Assembly (NCBI GenBank): GCA_051294905.1
Contig: CM119371.1
Span: forward strand, 33,666,001-33,730,000
DNA length: 64,000 nt
Direction: 5' to 3'
Origin: Botryllus schlosseri
Taxonomy: Eukaryota
The notes beneath the pieces are model-generated. The model was not told the origin of the DNA, made no database searches, and saw nothing but the letters and a program-made list of their open reading frames with translations. A program made the translations under genes and the position numbers. Below are positions 57,399 to 64,000 of the stretch, piece by piece (position 1 is the stretch's first letter; every line of letters starts with the position of its first letter).

Positions 57399-57539
57399 TT
57401 CAGAGCACTAGGTAAGGAGGGTGAGCGTAATCAACGTGAAGCAATCAACTAATGATGGAAGGTACAGATAAGGAATCGTACATTCTCCCCCGTAAAATAT
57501 TAGCAAACAAAGTTTGTGATACATTGTCAATAATAGGGT

Positions 57540-57832
57540 ACTGCGCCATATCGATCTACGGCTTTCCGAACACTCGTTGAACGACGAAGCGGTGATCTTT
57601 CACGATCAATGTTCGGTTGCGAACTTTCGTTATTTCCTTCGTCAGTGCTAGTGGCAATGGCAGCATCACGAACCGTGGCGTCTTCGTTAGAGAGTTGTAC
57701 ACCAGAACAATCTTCGCTCGGGCTGCGGTTACTGAATTCAGCTCTGCTGGTTACGTCGGTGCTATTGCGTGGTGAAATATTCCGAACCGATACCGTAGTT
57801 TCCCTGCCGTCGTTAAGTCTGACATGGGCGTA
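57540..57832 (-). pseudogene. gypsy integrase C-terminal remnant
   Basis: YAHVRLNDGRETTVSVRNISP...LRRSTSVRKAVDRYG. Confidence 0.8.
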
Positions 57833-57834
57833 AG

Positions 57835-59084
57835 CAGAGGTGGCCAGTAACGAAGTACTTCTACTTTTTGGAAGTACTCGAATAGTTTTCCTCTACTTCT
57901 GGTACTTACTCAAGTAGATCTGATTTTCTATACTTCTACTTCGTAATATTTAGTGATCTACTTACTTACTTTCCGCTATTTTCAGTTTGTCAAGTAGAAG
58001 TAGTTTAATCCCCCAATACGAAAGATGGTCGGAGGAATTTCGGGAGTACCAACATTCATAAATGTCAAGTAAAGACCAGAAATTTTGTTGCGCTTCGCGC
58101 ACAGCAGTTATAGAGTGACATGTGTGTTTTCACGAAAGTGTCAGTGAATATAATTTAGGTATCGGATTGCTTGGTTTCGCTCACACCGCATTGTCGCCTA
58201 TATCAAATATTTCAACGCAATAGATATGGCCCATCATAACGTTTAAAACTACCGTTTGCTATCTAGCAATTACCTATCATATCATAATCTAGCAGCTCAT
58301 GCCGGGTTCTGCTAATCTGGAAAATCCGGCTTTTTTTAACGTCGCACATGTTTTAGCAGATCACCTTTGAAGCTTTATGGACAAAAGACATGAAATATAT
58401 TTTCCGCTTTTTTGAAGTGGTATTTGTATTTCAGTTTCAATCCCGAGTATCATACTTTGAGTTCTAGCACATCCTACCAATGGCGGAAGACGTCGAGATT
58501 TCAATGAGCATTGAATAGCCTTCCATGCAGATCACGCCGTTGTACTTTTCACTAGGGCTATGCAAAATCGAGTACCTGAGTGATTCGATTCTGAATCACG
58601 TAATATTCTTCGAGTCGAGTCGAGTATTCGAGTATCACTCATTATGACGTCACAACAAAATATACTATGTCAAAGTTGAAATATGTACCTTTCATGCCAT
58701 CACAGAAAACACAATGCCTGTTATCCGTCGCATTAAAGATACTTTGGTATTTTTTCGACCATACCGATGTCATTGCACTTCTTGACAATGTTGTAGGATG
58801 ATCATGACTGCGGAAATGTGTTACTAAAAGTAACGTTAGTAGCTTTGTACTATGTCTCGTAAGCTGTGACAGGGCCAATCATGGTTTCAAGGCTTCATTA
58901 GTGGAAAATATTATCCAAACTATACTTCTCGCTAGTAAACTAGCTTTCAGTTGCGAGGAGCGTATAATTTCAGTACTCGAAATATCGTCTTTTACTACTC
59001 GACTCGAATCATTGAAATTAATACTCGATTCAGATTCGAGTACTCGAATCATTGTGCCCAGCACTACTTTTCACATTGTCCGTT
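57835..59084. mobile_element. MITE cluster replacing the middle of the gypsy integrase
   Basis: CAGAGGTGGCCAGTAAC start with GAAGTACT repeats; second element 58554-59084 with TAGGGCTATGCAAAAT/ATTGTGCCCAGCACTA ends and TACTCGA repeats. Confidence 0.55.
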
Positions 59085-59086
59085 TC

Positions 59087-60644
59087 CACGAGGGTTGTAA
59101 TAGCTAGTGGTCCTGCTTGTAGAAACCCCTTTAGAGTTGAGCCAAGATTTGAGTTAGTAAGACTGTAAAGACGACCATCGGTCGGAATGTATGTATGAAC
59201 TCATCCCAAATACAGAAAACAGTGTCGTTATGCATTTGATAACCGTCTTCGCAGACATGTCTGCGCAGGGAAATGCAAACGGAAATCGTGAATATTCGTC
59301 GATGATAGTGAGGAAATACCTGTTTTTCGTAACGCTGGGTAACGGACCCTTGAAATCGAGGCTGAGACGTTCGAAGGGTTGAGTCGCCTCGATTAGTTTA
59401 GTTTCTCCTCGTCGGAGCGAATGAACTGAGGTTTGGTTTGTTGACACTCCTCGCACTGTGGAGTCATGGTACGAATCTCTGATATTGAGAATGGCAAATT
59501 CTTGACTCGTACGAAGTGAGACATGCGGGTCACGCCGGGGTGACAGAGTGAAATGTGTAGATCGCGCAATTGGTGTTTTCCCATTTATCCGCAATGGGTG
59601 CGCGTTAGAGCGTCGGGGCCGACATTTTCGATGCCAGGCCGATGAATGACAATATAGCTAAACGTCATTAGTTGTTCCAATCGCCAACGAGCGATTTTGT
59701 CGTTTTGGATTTTGCTGGTGTGTCGATTGTCGAACATGAAGGAGACACTTTTCTGGTCAGTGACCAATGTAAAATGCCATCCGGTGAGCAAATGCCTCCA
59801 CTTCCGCAGCGTTTCGACCACAGCATATGCTTCCTTTTCAACAGCCGAATGTCGTTGCTCGCCGGGCGATAGGGTGCGTGAGTGAAATGCAACGGGGCGC
59901 CCTTCCTGATTCAAGGTTGCAGCGATCGCAAAATCTGAAGCGTCAGTTTCTACTGCGCCAGTTCGAGTTGATGATAGGCCGATTTCAAGTCAACTGTTGT
60001 CAATACTTTATACTGAGCAAGCTTATTCACAATGTCCTCAATGCGCGGTAGAGGATAAGCGTGAAGTTGAGTGAATCGGTTAATTGTCCTGCTGTAATTA
60101 ATGATCATTCGTCGTTTGGTAGAGTGTTCGTTTTTGACAGCGAGTACCTGAGCTCTCCAGGGGGAATTACTTGGCTCGATAAGATTGTCCGCAAGTAGAC
60201 GTTACGTTTCTTCTGCGGTAAAGGCGAGATCTGCCCGTGAATATCTCCGTTGCTTGACCGCGACAGGGCGGCAATCATTGCTAAGGTGACTGAATGGTTT
60301 TTGATAAGGCATTCAGGGTGAGCGGAGGCCGTCGTCCTGAAAACGTGAATGTGTCGCTTTCGTGTTCCTTGAACATTCTTTCGCCGATGATGACGTCAGT
60401 TGCCAAGTTCTTCAGTATGTGAAACGAAACATTTCGATAGTCGGTATTCCCCACGGTGAGGCGAGCGAAGGGCTGACCTTCAATCGTCATGCGTATCAGT
60501 CTCCGCTAGCGTGACCTCGCCAACGATTGGCTGGATGTTCAATTTTTCTCGATATCCGTCGGCAAATTTTTGATCCATTAAACATTCCCCATCAGTGAAG
60601 TAGCGTTCAAATTGTCAACCTTGACATCGCATACTACTCTAGAC
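59087..60644 (-). pseudogene. gypsy pol remnant (protease, partial RT, RNase H, integrase N-half)
   Basis: IEPSNSPWRAQV, YPLPRIED, DLKSAYHQ, VETDASD, EKEAYA, TDQKS, HPGVTRM, PFERLSLDFKGPLP, IDEYSRFPFAFP, IHSDR, NPRGNGQCEK; contains stops and frameshifts. Confidence 0.92.
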
Positions 60645-62432
60645 CAGTGGTTCCCAAACGGTGGGGAATTCCCCACTGGTGGGGAATACAATGGTTTCTG
60701 GTGGGGAATAAACCCATTTGTTAAACACTATATACAGGACAGTTTACATATTTACGGAGACACATGCTCAATTACCGTTACAAGTTAACTGCTCTGGAAT
60801 GTATGTATAGAACATTTCATTGCGTGTTGTTGACAAAATCTCATTTTTTAAGTTCGGGTAACCTATCTTGGCGTCACAAACGCATCTAGCACGACCCGTA
60901 TGACGTGAAGTAACGCTTTCGCAAAATTTGGAGGGTTAGCAGTATCGGTTCACCATACGTTTTTATGTTGCAGTTATAGGCGATTGTATTGCGTATAGGC
61001 AGGGCCGTAAAAGCACTTCGTGAGCCCCCCCCCCCAGAAACGTTGGTCTTAGGCCTCCCACATGATGATGAACCGAACCTCTGGGGGGCGAAGCCCCCCA
61101 CAACCCCCTCACGCTATCCGCTGTTTATCGTTATACTTGTCATCTACATTGGGCGCCTTAGACTGAGGGTGCTTTTCTCGCCTAGACGCGCGAAGCGCGA
61201 AAAATTTCTATAATTCAAGATTGAATCGGCCAATATGATCGGGAATTGCATATATATTGCTATCAATTTTTATCCTCTCACTGCTCACGTAATCAGATTT
61301 ACAGGGGATGTGTGTTTGAAAAGGTAGGACCCCTCAATAATAATTAAACACCTTCGGGCGTATACTTTGGCAGGAAGAAAACAGCACTTCGTCAGGTCCC
61401 CCAAAAAAAACTTGGGTCTTGGACTACCATAGGGTGATAAACCTAAACCCAATCACGTTGTTCGCTTTTGCCTCGAAATTAGCCGTACTGTGCAGTGAGG
61501 CAGCGCAAGGCGCGAAAATTTTCGATAAATCATGATAAAATCGGTCAAAAAGATAGGGAATTGCATATCTATTGCTATCAATTTCATGTCCTCTCTGCTC
61601 ACGTAATCAGATTTACCGGTAGAGTTGGGTGAGGTGTCTTGGAAACTGTAGGGCCCTTTGATATGACTCCGTAACATGATGTTATTTAGTGACCTCCTGT
61701 CTGCTATATCAAAATATATAGAATCGCCCAAACGTATAGGCTACTAAAGTAAAAGACGTACACGATTTCAAATTGGTATTTCTTCACTGGCATATAATTT
61801 TTCCCTGCGGGATGGTATTTGTCTTGCGAGGTTCAGATTGCCAAGACAGGCATATTCGGCGCCAGTCATTTAGGTGCCTATGGACAATTAAACCTATATG
61901 CATTTTGTATATATAACGAAGTTTTCGGTCAACATAAGGGCGGTCGTTTTCGGCCAAGGTTTTTTCTCTGCCGATCGTCCTGGCCCACTTCTTGGAGTCA
62001 CAGGTTACATGGCGTAAAACTTTATATGTCTTGGTAAATCGTGGCGCAGTAATGGCCAATGCCGACATGCCTATTTCTATAAATCTTGCGTATTTTTTCT
62101 TGGGGGAAGAGTACTCAAAATTCAAGACATTTGGCAACTTGAAATCGCGCGCAGCGCGAAAAATTTTTGAAAAAATTGCATGAATTTTCAAAAAATACTC
62201 ATAATCTATGCTAATTCACGAAATAATTTTGGGCCCCCTTCGAGCTCGCCCCCCCCAAATTGGGGGTTTTGGGGTGCGGCAGTTACGGTCCTGCGTACAG
62301 GTGTGGCTGTGTCTTGTGTACTCAAACAAGCAAATAGCTGCTCCGCAATCACATAAATTTTGGGTAGTGGGGAATGAAGGCTCGGAGTGAATCTGAAGTG
62401 GGGAATGAAGACAAAAAGGTTGGGAACCACTG
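60645..62432 (+). mobile_element. hAT (Charlie/Buster-type) element family I, copy 1, inserted in the gypsy protease region
   Basis: CAGTGGTTCCCAAAC...GGTTGGGAACCACTG; perfect TSD CTCTAGAC (NTCTAGAN target). Confidence 0.92.
61000..62293 (+). mobile_element. MITE family G nested in family I copy 1
   Basis: CAGGGCCGTAA...GTTACGGTCCTG; TSD CGTATAGG/CGTACAGG; internal tandem duplication. Confidence 0.85.
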
Positions 62433-63008
62433 CTCTAGACCGATCCGTAGCTGATAGAGTCGTTTTCGGGTTAAATTCTATTTCTCATCTGCTGGGAGGT
62501 GCGGGACCTTGTATCGAGGCAGTTTCCGTATTGATTCATGGAAGGTTTCGTAGGCGAGATTGACACACCTTCGAATAATGGCCAGTGATATAACAATATC
62601 TGCATACGGCATCTTTTGCGGGGTAATTCATGCGAGGATATGCATAGCGTCTCCACAAAAGAAGCAAGACCGTTTCGAAGAGATTGGTTTTCGGCGAGCA
62701 CTGCCATCTTCATTCTGAGTCTCACTCCCGCCTTGTTGTCTCCGCGCACGCATGTCTTGTGGCACACGACGAAGTCGGTTGGTAGGCTTCAGAATCCCTG
62801 GAAGCGATTTCCATTGCACGTGCCTTCTTGAAGGCATGACCGAAAGTCAACGCGCTTTCTTCCAGAAGTCTCTGGCGAATTGACGGCGATTGCAATCCCG
62901 CGACCAAGGCATCGCGAATCAGCTCAAACCGATATTGTTCAGCTGAAACTGCGTGACACCCGCAGTCTTTTCTAAGTGACTTCGGTCGAATGACAAAACT
63001 GTCTATAG
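62433..63008 (-). pseudogene. gypsy gag remnant with zinc knuckles
   Basis: KDCGCHAVSAEQYRFELIRDALVAGLQSPSIRQRLLE; CFFCG..H; CRYCYITGHYSKVC (CX2CX4HX4C) after a frameshift. Confidence 0.85.
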
Positions 63009-64000
63009 CAGTGGTTCCCAACCTTTTTGTCTTCATTCCCCACTTCAGATTTATTCCGAGCCTTCATTCCCCACCAGGACCATAACAGCACTTTGTTAAC
63101 CCCGCCAAAAAAACGTTGGTCTTGGGCCCCAGAACCCTCTCAGCCCCGCTGAGCCTGTACGCTTTTTCCCTGCAACTTATCAACTACATTGGGTCTACTG
63201 CTTAGCGCGTCGCCTTATTTCGACCAAACGTGCGAAGCGCGAAATTTTTTTTATAATTCGTGTTTGAATCGGCCAATATGATCGGGAATTGCTATATATT
63301 TTGATATCAATATTTCATCCCCTCTCTGCTCACGTAATCAGATTTACCGGTAGAGCTGAGTGAGGTGTGCTGGATAAGGTAGGGCCCCTAAATAAGAATT
63401 GAACATCTTCGGGCGGACCCGTTTGCATATTGACTTCGTTACAGTATGCTATTTCGTGACCTCCTATATCTGCTATGTCTAAAGATATGGAAATCGCCAA
63501 AACTAAAAGGAACACACTGTATCAAATTGGTATTGCCTTACTGGCAAATAATTTTTGAAAAAGTGGCATTAATTTAAAAAATACTTTAATTTATGTTAAT
63601 TCAGGAAATAATTTTGGGCCGATTCGAGTTCGCCCCCCCCCCAATTGGGGGGTTTGGAGTGCGGCAGTTACGGTCCTGTTCCCCAATACCAAGCACTTTT
63701 GTCGTCACAGAGCAGCTATTTGCTGGTTTGAGTAGACAAGACACACGTCCACACAAGTACGCAAAATCGCCTATAACTGCAACATCAAACGTATTGTGAA
63801 CCGATACCAGTAACGCTCAAATTTTCGCGAAATCGTCATTTCACGTCAAACAAGTCGTTCTGGATGCGTTTCTGACGCCATGATTGGCCATCCGGAGTTA
63901 AAAATGAGGTTTTGTGAACAACACGCAATATAATTTTCAATGCATACATTCCAGAGCAGTTAACTAACGGTAATTGCGCATGTGTCTCCGTGAATATGTA
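63009..64000 (-). mobile_element. Family I copy 2 (inverted), runs off the right edge
   Basis: Reverse complement of both arms of copy 1; left flank GTCTATAG. Confidence 0.88.
63075..63678 (+). mobile_element. MITE family G nested in family I copy 2
   Basis: CAGGACCATAAC...GTTACGGTCCTG; TSD TTCCCCAC/TTCCCCAA. Confidence 0.85.

Larger units (their letters stand above)
56030..63008 (-). mobile_element. Decayed Ty3/gypsy LTR retrotransposon, fragmented by nested insertions
   Basis: Order on the minus strand is gag, PR, RT, RNase H, IN, PPT (GGGGGAGAA), then TGT start of the 3' LTR at 57482; AATAAA at about 56070. The 5' LTR is not in the window and the left LTR boundary is approximate. Confidence 0.9.

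Noticed and set aside
59154-59914. Integrase and RNase H ORFs as a domesticated or active gene
   Set aside because: They are separated by frameshifts and stops, the RT core is deleted, and the integrase is interrupted.

Overview
Eukaryotic (metazoan) genomic DNA with AT-rich introns, GC-richer exons and GT-AG splicing. It looks like a marine invertebrate deuterostome such as an ascidian, but that taxonomy is a low-confidence guess. One protein-coding gene is present: DNAJC13/RME-8 on the minus strand. I reconstructed 44 coding exons by hand, from the ATG at 51180 down to 97. They join in frame (5496 nt, 1832 codons) and the gene continues off the left edge. The introns are densely filled with non-autonomous DNA transposons, mostly hAT-type MITEs with 8-bp TSDs, plus Kolobok-like TTAA MITEs, a foldback element carrying a TTAGGG-rich array, minisatellites and LINE scraps. 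Upstream lie a candidate housekeeping promoter (about 55.4-56.0 kb) and a decayed Ty3/gypsy retrotransposon (56.0-63.0 kb) broken up by nested hAT elements. I found no prokaryote-type or multi-gene novel system. The most unusual observations are a 42-bp perfect palindrome with a 7-bp TSD, a ~41-aa proline-rich insert in RME-8, twin inverted hAT copies each independently hit by the same MITE, and the telomere-like foldback element. TE family letters (A-I) are my own labels. Comparisons with human DNAJC13 are from memory, not from a database search.
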